From: Fidelibacterota bacterium
Lineage (GTDB): Bacteria; Fidelibacterota; Marinisomatia; Marinisomatales; Marinisomataceae
DNA length: 64,000 bases
NCBI GenBank assembly: GCA_965212055.1
Contig: OZ243041.1
Span: 256,001-320,000, forward strand
Reading direction: 5' to 3'
The notes under the pieces are model-generated. The model ran no database searches and was not told where the DNA came from. It was given only the letters and a program-made list of their open reading frames with translations. Shown here one piece after another: positions 8,820-20,542 of the stretch; the stretch's first letter is position 1; every line of letters begins with the position of its first letter. Made by a program: the position numbers and the translations under genes.

Positions 8820-11800
8820 AAAATAAAAATCAAGAATTTGTAAAAACAAACCGTAATGGTGAGGATAAGGCAAACTCCCATCAATTTGGATACTGGAAAA
8901 GTTTAAAAGATATTTCATCTACAGATGATTACGATAAATATTTAAAACAGTCAGAACATCATGAAGATAATAATTTTTCAAGAAGAAATTTTCTATCTCT
9001 GGTGGCAGCATCTGTTGCGTTAGCAGGATTGGAAGGTTGTAAGAAACCGGTTCAGAAAATTATTCCTTACGTCGAGGCTGAAATTGGAACAATACCAGGT
9101 GTACCTAAATATTATGCAAGTACAATGCCATTTAAGAATAATGCAATTGGAGTTTTGATTGAAAATCATGATGAACGACCTGTTAAAGTAGAAGGCAATA
9201 AGAAACACCCAACTTCTCTTGGGAAATCAAATACATTTAGCCAAGCAACTACCTTAGATATGTATGATCCTGATCGTGCCAGGGGAGTAAGGCTTGATGG
9301 CAAGAAAGTAGCTTGGTCAGATTATATCAAATATGCTCAATCTATTCATGATTCAAATGGAGAAGGATTAGCAGTCTTATTACAAGAGTCATCCTCTCCA
9401 ACTCTGAATGTGCTTCGAGATGATTTTGTGAAGACATATCCTAATGCCGATTGGGTGGTGTATGATCCAATCAATAATGAAAATTTATATCTAGGTATTG
9501 AAAAAGCATTTGGAAGAAAAATGCAGCCTTGTAATCGTTTGGAAAATGCCCAAACAATTTTATCTATTGGTTCTGATTTTCTTGGATGTGATGATAACAA
9601 TATTTATAACACAAAGAAATTTGCACAAAATAGAAAATTAGAAGATGAAAATAGTACAATGAATAGACTTTATGTGGTAGAAAGTTCTATGACTTCAACA
9701 GGTGCGAGTGCAGATCATCGATTAAATGTACGTGTTGGTGAATTTAATTTGGTATTAAAAGAGTTGTGTAGTGAATTGAAGAAATTAGGACTAAAAACTG
9801 ATGCTAGAAATCTTAAAACATCAAACAATTTATGGATTAAAACCGTTGCAGAAGAATTAGTAAAAAATGAGGGTAATTGCATGATTCTTGGAGGGAATCA
9901 TCTATCAGCCGAAGCCCATGCTATTATTGCAATGTTGAATCATCAACTAGCTGCTCCTATTGATTACTATCCGTTGACAAAATCGCATGTAACCTCTTCA
10001 AAAGATTTAGGTGCTCTTTGCACAAAGATGAAAAAAGGATCTATTAAAAATTTAATTATTCTAGGTGGAAATCCTGTGTACAATACACCAGCCGATCTAG
10101 AATTTGCAACATTAATGAACAATGTTGAAAACGTCGTTCATTTGAGTAATATCTATGATGAAACTTCAAAACATTCTAATTGGCATATAGCAGAATCTCA
10201 TTTCTTTGAAACTTGGGGAGATGCAATGACTTATGATGGATATCCAAGTGTTATTCAGCCACAAATTAGACCATTGTTTCAATCAAAGAGTGCAATTGAA
10301 ATGCTAATTCCAGTAGTCTATGGAGAAGAAAAAAGTTCTTATGATTTAATTAAAGATATCTGGAAAAGAAAAGTTACCAAACAATCCAATTTTGAAAATA
10401 CTTGGAATAAAATCCTTCATGATGGTGTTTATGAGAAAGCATTATTGAAAGCCCAAGGGATTCGCTCAAGAGATGTTTCTCTTTTATCCTTAACAGATCA
10501 ACAGATAAAAGAAAATCAATTTGAAGTCGTATTTGTTGCTTCTTCTTCAATGTATGATGGGCGTTATGCAAACAATGGATGGTTGCAAGAACTTCCAAAA
10601 CCAATTACCCATTTAACATGGGACAATGCTGCTTTAATTAGTATGTCAGTTGCAAAACAACTCAACGTGAAAAATGGCCAAATGTTGGAGATTACCTTGG
10701 ATAAAAAGACAGTAAAAATTCCAGCATGGATTGTCCCAGGACAGAATAGAAAAACGATTACCTTGGAACTTGGTTATGGAAGAGATTTTAATGGTCGGGT
10801 AGGACATGGTGTTGGGTTTAATATGTATCCTTTACGTACAACAAAAAATATGATATATGGTGCTGGTGCAACGGTCAAAGTATTAAAAGAAAAATATCCT
10901 TTAGCAGGAACACAAGATCATTATGGGTTAGAATCGGATGACCTTTCTTTGTCAAAGAGTTTATCCACTGAGGAAACACAAGTCGTATTCCTGAATTAGT
11001 TCGTCAAGCGACATTAGACGAATACAAGGACCATCCAGATTTTGTTAAGCATGCCGTTGAAGAACATTTACCTGATAAGGGAAGAGAATTAAAAGATTAC
11101 TCTATGTATAATCCAGAACCAGAATATGATTACAGTAAAGGACATCAATGGGGAATGTCTATCGATTTAACAAGCTGTACTGGTTGTAATGCTTGTTCTA
11201 TTGCTTGCCAAAGTGAAAACAATATTCCTGTAGTTGGAAAACAACAGGTATTGAATGGAAGAGAAATGCACTGGATTCGTATTGACAATTATTTTTCTGG
11301 GGATCCTGACAATCCAGAAGTCTCTACTCAATCGGTGGCTTGTGTTCATTGTGAATTAGCGCCATGCGAAACCGTATGTCCAGTTTCTGCTACTACACAT
11401 TCAAGTGATGGTGTTAATCAAATGGTATACAATCGATGTGTTGGTACAAGGTATTGTGCTAATAATTGTCCATATAAAGTAAGAAAATTCAATTTTTATA
11501 ATTTTACAAAAGATACTCCTGAAGTAGTTCAAATGGCTATGAACCCTGATGTTAGTGTACGATTCAGAGGGGTCATGGAAAAATGTACATATTGTTATCA
11601 ACGTGTAAGTGAAGCAAGAATAAAAGCAAGTAATGAACACAGAGAACTTGCAGATGGAGACATTCATACTGCTTGTCAACAATCATGTCCAGCAGATGCA
11701 ATTATTTTTGGAGACATTAATGATGAGCAAAGCGAAGTGAGTAAAGCAAAGAGACGTAATCGTGATTATGCTTTATTAGGGCAAATTGGTACGAGTCCAC

Positions 11801-11874
11801 GAACAACCTATCTTGCAAAAATAAGAAATCAAAACCCGAAACTGATTACAAATCATGCAGGAGAACATCACTAG
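8807..11874 (+). CDS. actB: Alternative complex III subunit B (molybdopterin-oxidoreductase-like plus Fe-S domain), with a 1-nt frameshift near 10980
   Basis: YWKSL, Tat signal SRRNFL, lipobox LEGC, GRYANNGWLQELPKP. After the frameshift: SRIPELVRQATLDEY..WGMSIDLTSCTGCNAC, CVHCELAPC, CVGTRYCANNC, EKCTYC. Confidence 0.9.
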
Positions 11875-13260
11875 ATGTCAGAAGCAGTCATTAAATCAAG
11901 AGCACAAAAAAATTCTGAAGAACTGCTTCTAGGTAATCAAACATTTACAACAATTACCAATGATATCAGTGGAGTTCCTGAACAGAAAAAGGCACCAATT
12001 CAATGGAAACTAGCATTTGCATTAGCACTTTCTTTGTTAGCTGTGTTTGTTGGTAGTCTTGGTTATTTAATTTGGGAAGGAACTGGAATTTGGGGAGTTA
12101 ATATGCCTATTGGATGGGGCTGGGCTATTATCAATTTTGTATGGTGGGTTGGTATTGGTCATGCTGGTACTTTGATTTCAGCGATTTTACACTTATTTAG
12201 ACAGAATTGGCGTAATTCAATCAATCGTTTTGCCGAAACCATGACATTATTTGCAGTAATATGTGCTCTTATTTTTCCGGGGATTCATATCGGAAGAATT
12301 TGGGTAGCATATTGGTTTTTCCCTGTGCCTAACCAGATGGCTATGTGGCCTAATTTTAGAAGTCCATTAATCTGGGACTTTTTTGCTGTATTTACATATT
12401 TTACCGTGTCTTTATTATTCTGGTACACTGGTCTCATTCCTGATTTAGCAACTTTAAGAGATAGAGCCAAAACGAAATTAAGAAAGAAAATTTATGGATT
12501 TTTTGCCTTGGGATGGAGAGGCGGCAATAGACAATGGCAGCATTATGAATTAGCTTATTTGGTATTAGCTGGAATTTCAACTCCACTTGTTTTATCAGTA
12601 CATAGTGTTGTTAGCTCTGATTTTGCCACCAGTGTAATTCCTGGATGGCACACAACAATATTCCCTCCTTATTTTGTCGCAGGTGCGATTTATTCTGGTT
12701 TTGGTATGGTAATGACATTGGCTGTTGCTGCACGGAGTCTTTATAATCTTAAACATATTATTACAGTTAATCATTTAGATAAGATGGCACAGATTATGCT
12801 ATTAACGGGATCCATTGTTGGCTATTCCTATGCTATGGAGTTTTTTATTGCATGGTATAGCGGTAACCAATATGAAAAGTATGCATTTATTAATAGAGCA
12901 CTTGGGCCTTATTGGTGGGCATATTGGACAATGATATTCTGCAATGTTGTTGTACCACAATTTTATTGGTTCAAACGTTTTAGAACTCATGTTCCATTTC
13001 TTTTTATCACATCTATTTTAGTCAATATCGGTATGTGGTTTGAGCGTTTTGTAATTGTTGTGATATCCTTACATCGCGATTATCTACCTTCTTCATGGGC
13101 AATGTATAGTCCAACTATTTGGGATATTGCAATTTATCTTGGAACTTTTGGAATATTTTTTACTGGTTTTCTTTTATTCTTAAGATTTTTGCCAATGGCA
13201 TCTATAGCGGAAGTAAAATTAGTTTTACCTGAATCTAATCCTCATCATGGAGAGCATTAA
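11875..13260 (+). CDS. actC: Alternative complex III quinol-binding NrfD-family subunit
   Basis: [56 protein letters not shown] and GMWFERFVI motifs. Confidence 0.95.
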   Translation: MSEAVIKSRAQKNSEELLLGNQTFTTITNDISGVPEQKKAPIQWKLAFALALSLLAVFVGSLGYLIWEGTGIWGVNMPIGWGWAIINFVWWVGIGHAGTLISAILHLFRQNWRNSINRFAETMTLFAVICALIFPGIHIGRIWVAYWFFPVPNQMAMWPNFRSPLIWDFFAVFTYFTVSLLFWYTGLIPDLATLRDRAKTKLRKKIYGFFALGWRGGNRQWQHYELAYLVLAGISTPLVLSVHSVVSSDFATSVIPGWHTTIFPPYFVAGAIYSGFGMVMTLAVAARSLYNLKHIITVNHLDKMAQIMLLTGSIVGYSYAMEFFIAWYSGNQYEKYAFINRALGPYWWAYWTMIFCNVVVPQFYWFKRFRTHVPFLFITSILVNIGMWFERFVIVVISLHRDYLPSSWAMYSPTIWDIAIYLGTFGIFFTGFLLFLRFLPMASIAEVKLVLPESNPHHGEH

Positions 13261-13799
13261 TGAAAACATATGGTATAATTGCAAAATTTGATGATCCGTC
13301 AGCATTGCTCCATGCTGCTGAAGAAGTAAGAGATGCAGGATTTAAAAATTTTGATTGTCACTCTCCATTCCCTGTACATGGGTTGGATGATGCAATGGGA
13401 TTAAAAAGATCAAGATTAGGCTATGTGATTGGTGTGTGCGGATTAATCGGTGCTTTATTTGGATTTGGGCTTCAAACATGGGTTCATTTATTTGAATATC
13501 CAATGAATATTGGTGGAAAACCATTCTTTGCATATCCTGCTTATGCTATTATCACCTTTGAATTAATGGTATTATTCAGTGCATTTGGTGCAGTATTTGG
13601 AATGATGTATTTTAATAAGATCCCTCGTTTACATCACCCTCTGTTTTATTCGGAAAAATTTTGTAGTGTTACAAGCGATGCATTTTATGTGAGCATTGAA
13701 AGTGTAGATCCAAAATATGATGAAAGAGAAGTAGAAAATTTTCTTACAAAGATTGGTGGGAAGGAGATTGAAGTAATAAAAGATGAAAATGAAGAATAA
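13260..13799 (+). CDS. actD: Alternative complex III subunit D (DUF3341)
   Basis: DCHSPFPVHGLDDAMG, YPMNIGGKP and ITFELMVLF motifs. Confidence 0.93.
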   Translation: MKTYGIIAKFDDPSALLHAAEEVRDAGFKNFDCHSPFPVHGLDDAMGLKRSRLGYVIGVCGLIGALFGFGLQTWVHLFEYPMNIGGKPFFAYPAYAIITFELMVLFSAFGAVFGMMYFNKIPRLHHPLFYSEKFCSVTSDAFYVSIESVDPKYDEREVENFLTKIGGKEIEVIKDENEE

Positions 13800-14400
13800 C
13801 ATACTAGTATTATTATTCTGTTTATTATTTCTAACGGGATGTTTCCGCGGATCAAGGTTTGAGGATCCGCCAATCCATTTAAATCCAAATATGGATAACC
13901 AACAAAAATATAGATCATTAGAAGAAAGTTATTTTTTTGACGACGGTTCTACCATGAGAAAACCGATTGAAGGAACCGTTGCTGTTGGTGCCTATAATGA
14001 AGATGGTGCATTTATTAGTGGGAAAAATAAAGATGGAAGTTATGTAGCTAATAATCCGATTGACCTTACCATGGACGTATTAGATAGAGGGCAAGATAGA
14101 TATAATATTTATTGTGCTCCTTGTCATTCTCAAGTTGGTGATGGAAAAGGAATTGTTACTCAATATGATTATCCGGTTATTCCTGGAAATTTTCATGATG
14201 ATCGTATTCGCAATCAAGCTGATGGAGAAATGTTCAATACTATTACATATGGATTACGTAGTATGCCTGCATATGGTTATCAATTAAAAACTGAAGATGT
14301 CTGGGCTGTTGTTCATTACGTGAGAGTATTGCAAAGAAGCCAAAATGCTTCATTTGATGATTTACCAGATATTGAAAAAGAAAAGATGAAAAAAGAATAA
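13783..14400 (+). CDS. actE: Alternative complex III monoheme cytochrome c lipoprotein
   Basis: Lipobox LTGC, NMDNQ, RGQDRYNIYCAPCH and MPAYG; start could be 13789. Confidence 0.92.
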   Translation: MKMKNNILVLLFCLLFLTGCFRGSRFEDPPIHLNPNMDNQQKYRSLEESYFFDDGSTMRKPIEGTVAVGAYNEDGAFISGKNKDGSYVANNPIDLTMDVLDRGQDRYNIYCAPCHSQVGDGKGIVTQYDYPVIPGNFHDDRIRNQADGEMFNTITYGLRSMPAYGYQLKTEDVWAVVHYVRVLQRSQNASFDDLPDIEKEKMKKE

Positions 14401-15593
14401 TGCAATTAGATTCAAAAACATATACTTATAGTTCAAAGAAGTCCAATAATTATATTCTAATATTTCTTGGATTGGTTTTGTTAATAGTAAACTTTGTATT
14501 GGGTTTTTCTTCTAAAGAGTTCTATTTCTCATATCTTACTTCATATTTCTTTTGGTTGTCTATTTTACTTGGTGGGATATTTTTTACACTAGTTCATCAT
14601 GGTTTTTCTGCAACATGGAGTACAGTGATTAGAAGAGTAATGGAGAATATTATTATACTCATGCCAGTATTTACATTATTATTTTTTCCAATTGTGGTAG
14701 GGATGGACAAATTATTTCTATGGATGCCTTCTCACGAACTTTTTAATGCAGCTGATCATTTATTACAAGTCAAAGAACCATTTTTAAATGAACAATCATT
14801 TCTCATCAGATTTGTTTTATATTTTTCTCTTTGGAATCTTATTTCAATCTTTCTTTATAGAATGTCGGTTAAACATGATAGTACTGGAGATCATTCTCTG
14901 TTAAGGAAAATGAGTTTCTTTAGCATGAGTCCTCTTGCAGTATTGTTTTTTGTTAGTCTGACTTTCGTAGGATTTGATTTATTGATGAGCTTAGATCCTC
15001 ATTGGTATTCAACAATGTTTGGGGTTTATATTTTTTCAGGCAGTTTTTTAGTATTCTTAGCTGTCTTAACTTTTACTCTCATTAGATTACAAGACCAAGG
15101 ATACCTGAATGGCATTGTTTCAAAAGAACACTATCATGATCTAGGAAAATACTTATTTGCATTCACTGTATTCTATTGTTATATCGCTGGAGCACAATTC
15201 TATTTTATTTGGTATAGTAATCTTCCAGAAGAAACAATCTGGTATCTCCATAGGTGGGTAGGAACTTGGAAAGTGGCGAGTGTCCTATTGATTTTTGGAA
15301 AATTTATGGTTCCATTCTTCACATTAGTGTTCCGTGCATCAAAGCGTAACACAAAAGTGTTAAAAGTCATGACTCTTTGGATTATTGCAATACATTACTT
15401 AGATATTCATTGGATTGTGATGCCTACCATTCATCATGATAATGTTCATCTTGGTGCGTATGATTTATTTACAATGTTAGGATTTACTTTAGTGTTTGTA
15501 GGAATGTTTAAACACATTATGTCTAGAAATGCACTAGTACCAATTAATGATCCGGAACTAAAACATGCAATTAATCACAGGAATAGCAATTAA
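14400..15593 (+). CDS. actF: Alternative complex III subunit F
   Basis: About 10 TMs; MSLDPHWYSTMFG, HDLGKYLFAF and IWYSNLPEET motifs. Confidence 0.92.
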   Translation: MQLDSKTYTYSSKKSNNYILIFLGLVLLIVNFVLGFSSKEFYFSYLTSYFFWLSILLGGIFFTLVHHGFSATWSTVIRRVMENIIILMPVFTLLFFPIVVGMDKLFLWMPSHELFNAADHLLQVKEPFLNEQSFLIRFVLYFSLWNLISIFLYRMSVKHDSTGDHSLLRKMSFFSMSPLAVLFFVSLTFVGFDLLMSLDPHWYSTMFGVYIFSGSFLVFLAVLTFTLIRLQDQGYLNGIVSKEHYHDLGKYLFAFTVFYCYIAGAQFYFIWYSNLPEETIWYLHRWVGTWKVASVLLIFGKFMVPFFTLVFRASKRNTKVLKVMTLWIIAIHYLDIHWIVMPTIHHDNVHLGAYDLFTMLGFTLVFVGMFKHIMSRNALVPINDPELKHAINHRNSN

Positions 15594-15611
15594 TTACAGG
15601 AATAATTAAAA

Positions 15612-15914
15612 ATGAATAATAAAAAAGAATATGAAATAAGAGATATTCCAGTCAAACCAGTTGCAATTGGTGGTATAGTATTTATGATTATCGTAGGGAT
15701 AACTTTATTTTTGCTTTACGAATATTATATCCGTGTATTAGATGATACCGAATATGAATTGAAATTAAGTAAACGATCAAAGAAATTAATGGAATTGAGA
15801 AAATTGGAAGATGAATCATTAAATAGTTACAAGATAATTGATGAAGAAAAACAAATTTATCAAATTCCTATCGACCGATCAAAAGAGTTAATGCTTGATG
15901 AACAATCTAATTAA
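15612..15914 (+). CDS. actG: ActG-like single-TM accessory subunit
   Basis: One TM; C-terminal LNSYKIIDEEKQIYQIPIDRSKELM resembles the conserved small protein found between actF and sco. Confidence 0.6.
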   Translation: MNNKKEYEIRDIPVKPVAIGGIVFMIIVGITLFLLYEYYIRVLDDTEYELKLSKRSKKLMELRKLEDESLNSYKIIDEEKQIYQIPIDRSKELMLDEQSN

Positions 15915-16722
15915 ATTATTATTGGTTTTCTTACTTTCTGATTTTTCATATACCCAGATTTTAAAAAAGGAATTTCCTGCAGAAGGGCCTATTGATATTA
16001 TAGAAAAGTTAGGGGATACAGTTGATTTAGAATCTAAATTTTTAAATGAAAAAGGAGAACCAGTAATACTAAAAGATTTTTTTTATAAAGATATACCTAC
16101 CATCATTACTCTAAATTATTTTGAGTGTCCTATGTTATGTAGCTTGGTTCTGAATGGGCTTGGGGATAGTCTTAAAAAAATGAGTTTAAATCTAGGGAGT
16201 GAATATCAAATCATTACAATCGATATTAATCCACATGAAAGCTACAAATTAGCAAATGAGAAAAAAAATAATTATATAAAAGAATATGATATTGAAAACC
16301 TTGATGAAAACTGGACTTTTTTAACTGGTAATTATGATAACATTAAGAAGGTTACAGATAGTCTTGGATTTATTTATTATTATGATAGAACAGTAAATGA
16401 ATATATGCATCCTGCAGCAATTATTATTGTAAGCTCAGAGGGGATGATATCTCGTTACTTAATTCCCGATGAATATTACCCATCTTCCAGTAAATTTTCT
16501 GAGAAAGACTTAAAATTGGCTCTTTTAGAAGCTGCTGAAGGTAAAATTGGATCCATACTTGATAAGCTTATTCTTCCTTGTTATCGTTATGATCCAAAGA
16601 AGAATACTTATACGCTTTTTGCTACCAATATTATGCGAATTGGTGGTATATTAACTCTCATTTTTATAGGTCTTATGCTTTTTCATTTCTGGAGAAAAGA
16701 TCACAATTTAGTTGGGGATTGA
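15895..16722 (+). CDS. SCO1/SenC copper chaperone (ACIII-oxidase cluster type)
   Basis: YFECPMLC (CxxxC), EYMHPA, CYRYDP and a C-terminal TM. Confidence 0.9.
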   Translation: MMNNLIKLLLVFLLSDFSYTQILKKEFPAEGPIDIIEKLGDTVDLESKFLNEKGEPVILKDFFYKDIPTIITLNYFECPMLCSLVLNGLGDSLKKMSLNLGSEYQIITIDINPHESYKLANEKKNNYIKEYDIENLDENWTFLTGNYDNIKKVTDSLGFIYYYDRTVNEYMHPAAIIIVSSEGMISRYLIPDEYYPSSSKFSEKDLKLALLEAAEGKIGSILDKLILPCYRYDPKKNTYTLFATNIMRIGGILTLIFIGLMLFHFWRKDHNLVGD

Positions 16723-17711
16723 AATTGGATAGATTAACAGAATATTTGTTTCCTGAACAAGTGTCAACATTTGCACAAGATATTGACAACCTCTTCTATT
16801 TTATTTTTTATGCTTCAATCGCATTGCTTGCAATTGTCACTTTTGGCATGATTTATCTAGCTATTAAATATCGTTTTAAAAAGAACGATGAAGTACGACT
16901 TACTAGTAGCATAGATCACAATTCTATACTGGAATCATCATTTGTTATTATTCCACTTATTTTAGTTTCTATTACCTTTGTATGGGGTATTAAATCATAC
17001 CTCAATATGGTTACTGTTCCTAATGATGCCATTGAAATGAAAATTACTGGGCAAAGTTGGTATTGGACTTGGGATTATCCAGATGGAGGGCCTTCCAATG
17101 TATTTAGCACAGCTCAGCCGTTGGTACTGCCTGTTAATACTCCGATAAAAATTGTTTTATCTTCTACAGATGTATTACATAGTTTTTATATACCAGTAAT
17201 GCGTGCAAAAATGGATGTTTTACCAAACCGTTATAATGTTATGTGGTTCGATGCTAAGAAGGTAGGAGAATATTCTATTTTTTGCACAGAATATTGTGGT
17301 ACTCAACATTCTCAAATGAGTGGGACGGTGAAAATAGTCCCTATAAAAGTATATGAGAAATGGCTTACTGAAGCTGGTTCGGAAGATGATGATTTACCTT
17401 TGGATGAACTGGGAGCAAAACTTTATACTAAAAAAGCTTGTATTACATGTCATACATTGGATGGATCAGCGCTTGTTGGACCTTCTTATTTACAAACTAG
17501 TCAGATGTGGGGACAGGAAAGAGTATTTGATGATGGAAGTAGCGCTACAATAGATGATAATTATATTCGTAATTCTATTTTAGAACCCCAATCTCAAATT
17601 GTAGCTGGATATCAAGGTGTAATGCCTACTTATCAGGGGGTCTTAAATGATCGCGAATTGGATGCATTAATTGCATTTCTAAAAACTTTAAAAGAGGATT
17701 CGGAGATTTAA
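16719..17711 (+). CDS. coxB: caa3-type cytochrome c oxidase subunit II with fused cytochrome c
   Basis: DVLHSF, CuA motif CTEYCGTQHSQM, heme c site CITCH and MPTY; TTG start overlapping the upstream TGA. Confidence 0.95.
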   Translation: MKLDRLTEYLFPEQVSTFAQDIDNLFYFIFYASIALLAIVTFGMIYLAIKYRFKKNDEVRLTSSIDHNSILESSFVIIPLILVSITFVWGIKSYLNMVTVPNDAIEMKITGQSWYWTWDYPDGGPSNVFSTAQPLVLPVNTPIKIVLSSTDVLHSFYIPVMRAKMDVLPNRYNVMWFDAKKVGEYSIFCTEYCGTQHSQMSGTVKIVPIKVYEKWLTEAGSEDDDLPLDELGAKLYTKKACITCHTLDGSALVGPSYLQTSQMWGQERVFDDGSSATIDDNYIRNSILEPQSQIVAGYQGVMPTYQGVLNDRELDALIAFLKTLKEDSEI

Positions 17712-17733
17712 AATTATAAATTAAAGGACATTT

Positions 17734-19383
17734 ATGAGCGATAATCATCAAAACAACTATCTTACTTATCCAAAGGGAATTATGTCTTGGTTATTAACCC
17801 TTGATCATAAACGTATTGGTCTTATGTATCTTTTTGGAGGAATGTTTTTCTTCTTTCTTGCTGGTGCGATAGCATTGATTATGAGATACGTACTTGCAAC
17901 TCCAGAGGCTGATTTTGTAACAAACGATCAATACAATAGTATGTACACCTTGCATGGTGCCATTATGATTTTCTTATTTATTATTCCCGCCATACCTGGT
18001 GCATTAGGCAATATCTTGCTTCCATTAATGCTTGGTGCAAGGGACGTAGCTTTTCCGAGACTGAATCTGTTTAGTTTCTATCTGTATAGTCTTGGAGCAG
18101 TCTTTGTTATTTATACAATTCTTGCAGGAGGGGTTGATACTGGTTGGACTTTTTATACACCTTATTCTACAACCAGTACAACAAATGTTATTCCGATGAC
18201 CCTTGGGATATTTATTATAGGCTTTTCTTCAATTTTAACTGGATTAAACTTTATTGCTACAATCCATAAAATGAGAATTAAAGGCTTAACTTGGTATAAA
18301 CTTCCTTTGTTTGTATGGGCACTTTATGGAACATCATTAGTACAGATTACAGCAACCCCTGTGATTGCAATAACGATGGTCTTATTAATTCTTGAAAGAT
18401 TGTTGGGAATTGGAATCTTTGATCCTGCACTTGGAGGAGACCCAGTTCTCTTTCAACACTTTTTCTGGTTCTATTCTCATCCAGCAGTATACATTATGAT
18501 TTTGCCTGCTTTTGGTATTATCAGTGAGATTATACCAGTGCATTCTAGAAAGAAAGTATGGGGATATAAATTTATTGCATATTCAACACTTTCAATTGCA
18601 TTTATTGGTTTCCTAGTTTGGGGACATCATATGTTCACTTCTGGGCAATCTGTATTCTCTCAAATTGTTTTCTCATTTATTACATATTTTGTAGGTATTC
18701 CAACTGGAATAAAGATATTTAGTTGGATGTTAACAATGTACAGAGGACAAGTCTCTTTTACTCCACCTATGCTTTATGCACTATCATTCTTATTCTTATT
18801 CACGATTGGTGGATTAACTGGAATATTTCTTGGTGCGGTTGCATTAGATATTCATTTACATGATACCTACTTTGTTGTTGCACACTTTCATTATGTAATG
18901 CAAGGAGGAACTATTGTTGCATTTCTTGGCGGTCTACACCATTGGTGGCCAAAATCTTTTGGGACAATGTATAATCAAACTATTGCTAATATATGTGCTA
19001 TTGGAGTTTTTATTGGTTTTAATGGAACATTTTTTCCACAGTTTTTACTTGGTTTAAGAGGAATGCCAAGACGATACGCCACTTATGATAATCTAGGTTC
19101 AGAAGCTTTAGTAGAACAATATGCTGCAACCCATAGTTATTCAACGTTTTGGTCTGGAATTTTAGGGTTAGCTATCTTCATTTCAGTTGTAAACCTTCTT
19201 TGGTCTTTAAGAAAAAATAATAAATTAGATCCAGGAACTAATCCATGGGGTGCCTTGACAATGGAGTGGACTCATACTACTTCTCCTCCTCATCCTCATA
19301 ATTTTGAAGAAGAACCAGTGCTAACGCATGGTCCATATGATTACGATAAAGTTCTTGTCAAACCTACATTAAAAAGAAAATGA
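17734..19383 (+). CDS. coxA: Cytochrome c oxidase subunit I, A2 subfamily
   Basis: [25 protein letters not shown] (YS motif with no Glu, i.e. A2), [18 protein letters not shown] and GMPRRY. Confidence 0.97.
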   Translation: MSDNHQNNYLTYPKGIMSWLLTLDHKRIGLMYLFGGMFFFFLAGAIALIMRYVLATPEADFVTNDQYNSMYTLHGAIMIFLFIIPAIPGALGNILLPLMLGARDVAFPRLNLFSFYLYSLGAVFVIYTILAGGVDTGWTFYTPYSTTSTTNVIPMTLGIFIIGFSSILTGLNFIATIHKMRIKGLTWYKLPLFVWALYGTSLVQITATPVIAITMVLLILERLLGIGIFDPALGGDPVLFQHFFWFYSHPAVYIMILPAFGIISEIIPVHSRKKVWGYKFIAYSTLSIAFIGFLVWGHHMFTSGQSVFSQIVFSFITYFVGIPTGIKIFSWMLTMYRGQVSFTPPMLYALSFLFLFTIGGLTGIFLGAVALDIHLHDTYFVVAHFHYVMQGGTIVAFLGGLHHWWPKSFGTMYNQTIANICAIGVFIGFNGTFFPQFLLGLRGMPRRYATYDNLGSEALVEQYAATHSYSTFWSGILGLAIFISVVNLLWSLRKNNKLDPGTNPWGALTMEWTHTTSPPHPHNFEEEPVLTHGPYDYDKVLVKPTLKRK

Positions 19384-20120
19384 GTCACGATAAATCTTCT
19401 CCTGATTTTTTATATCATCATTTTTATGATGTAGATCAACAGTATGAAACTTCTAAGCTCGGTATGTGGGCATTTATTTTGACAGAAATCCTCACCTTTG
19501 GAGCATTATTTGTTGCTTACACAATATATCGTGCATGGAATCCTGATATGTTTATTGGTGCAAATTTATTGTTAGATGTTAACAAAGGTTTATTGAACAC
19601 AATTGTTTTGATTGGAAGTTCTCTTACAATGGCATTGGCTATTTGGGCAATTCAACTGAAAAAGAAAAAATTATCATTAATAATGCTTTTTATAACATTG
19701 ATTTGTGCAGCTATGTTCCTTGGTATCAAATATTTAGAGTATGAACATAAGTTTCATCTTGGACAGCTACCAGGTGAATACTATTCTTATATGGGTCCGG
19801 AAGTTGTTCAAGAGATTCATGATCAAGAAAAAATTGATTATTACATTGAAACCAATAATACATTTTTTGATAAAGAGACAAATCGTTTATATACAATGAA
19901 TAACCCTCATATTTTCTTCAGTATTTACTTTATAATGACGGGATTACATGGTTTACATGTTGCTATAGGAATGGGTTTGATTGCTTGGTTAATGGTTCTT
20001 ACTGCAAGAGGGAAATTACATTCTCGATATTACACCCATATGGAAGCAGTGGGAATTTTTTGGCACTTGGTTGATATAATTTGGATTTTCTTATTTCCAC
20101 TATTTTACTTGATAGGATAA
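19380..20120 (+). CDS. coxC: Cytochrome c oxidase subunit III
   Basis: [26 protein letters not shown] and [17 protein letters not shown] motifs. Confidence 0.93.
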   Translation: MSHDKSSPDFLYHHFYDVDQQYETSKLGMWAFILTEILTFGALFVAYTIYRAWNPDMFIGANLLLDVNKGLLNTIVLIGSSLTMALAIWAIQLKKKKLSLIMLFITLICAAMFLGIKYLEYEHKFHLGQLPGEYYSYMGPEVVQEIHDQEKIDYYIETNNTFFDKETNRLYTMNNPHIFFSIYFIMTGLHGLHVAIGMGLIAWLMVLTARGKLHSRYYTHMEAVGIFWHLVDIIWIFLFPLFYLIG

Positions 20121-20122
20121 CT

Positions 20123-20542
20123 ATGTCTGAACATCATCATATTACACCACTAAAGATTTACTTCCGAGTTGCTGGAATATTATTCTTTTTGACTGCAGTG
20201 ACAGTGTGGGTATCATATGTTGATTTAGGATTTTTAAATATTGTTGTTGCATTGTTGATTGCTGGTACAAAAGCTAGTATTGTGGCATTATTCTTTATGC
20301 ATTTATTATGGGATGATAAGAAGAATTTAACAATATTTGTAATGTCATTAATGTTTCTTGCAATCTTCATTATTATTACAATGTCTGATACAGAATTTCG
20401 TGGTGCAATCAATCCTGAAATTAAAGATCCAATCGATAAACGTGCTGACTTTTATGATTCCTTACCTTTGACAGATGACCATGGAAATCTAATTCACGAA
20501 GATGGTAGCCATGAATCCGGGGATAAGGACGATCATCACTAA
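20123..20542 (+). CDS. coxD: Cytochrome c oxidase subunit IV
   Basis: Three TMs and IAGTKASIVALFFMHL; ATG 20123 (MSEHHH). Confidence 0.88.
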   Translation: MSEHHHITPLKIYFRVAGILFFLTAVTVWVSYVDLGFLNIVVALLIAGTKASIVALFFMHLLWDDKKNLTIFVMSLMFLAIFIIITMSDTEFRGAINPEIKDPIDKRADFYDSLPLTDDHGNLIHEDGSHESGDKDDHH

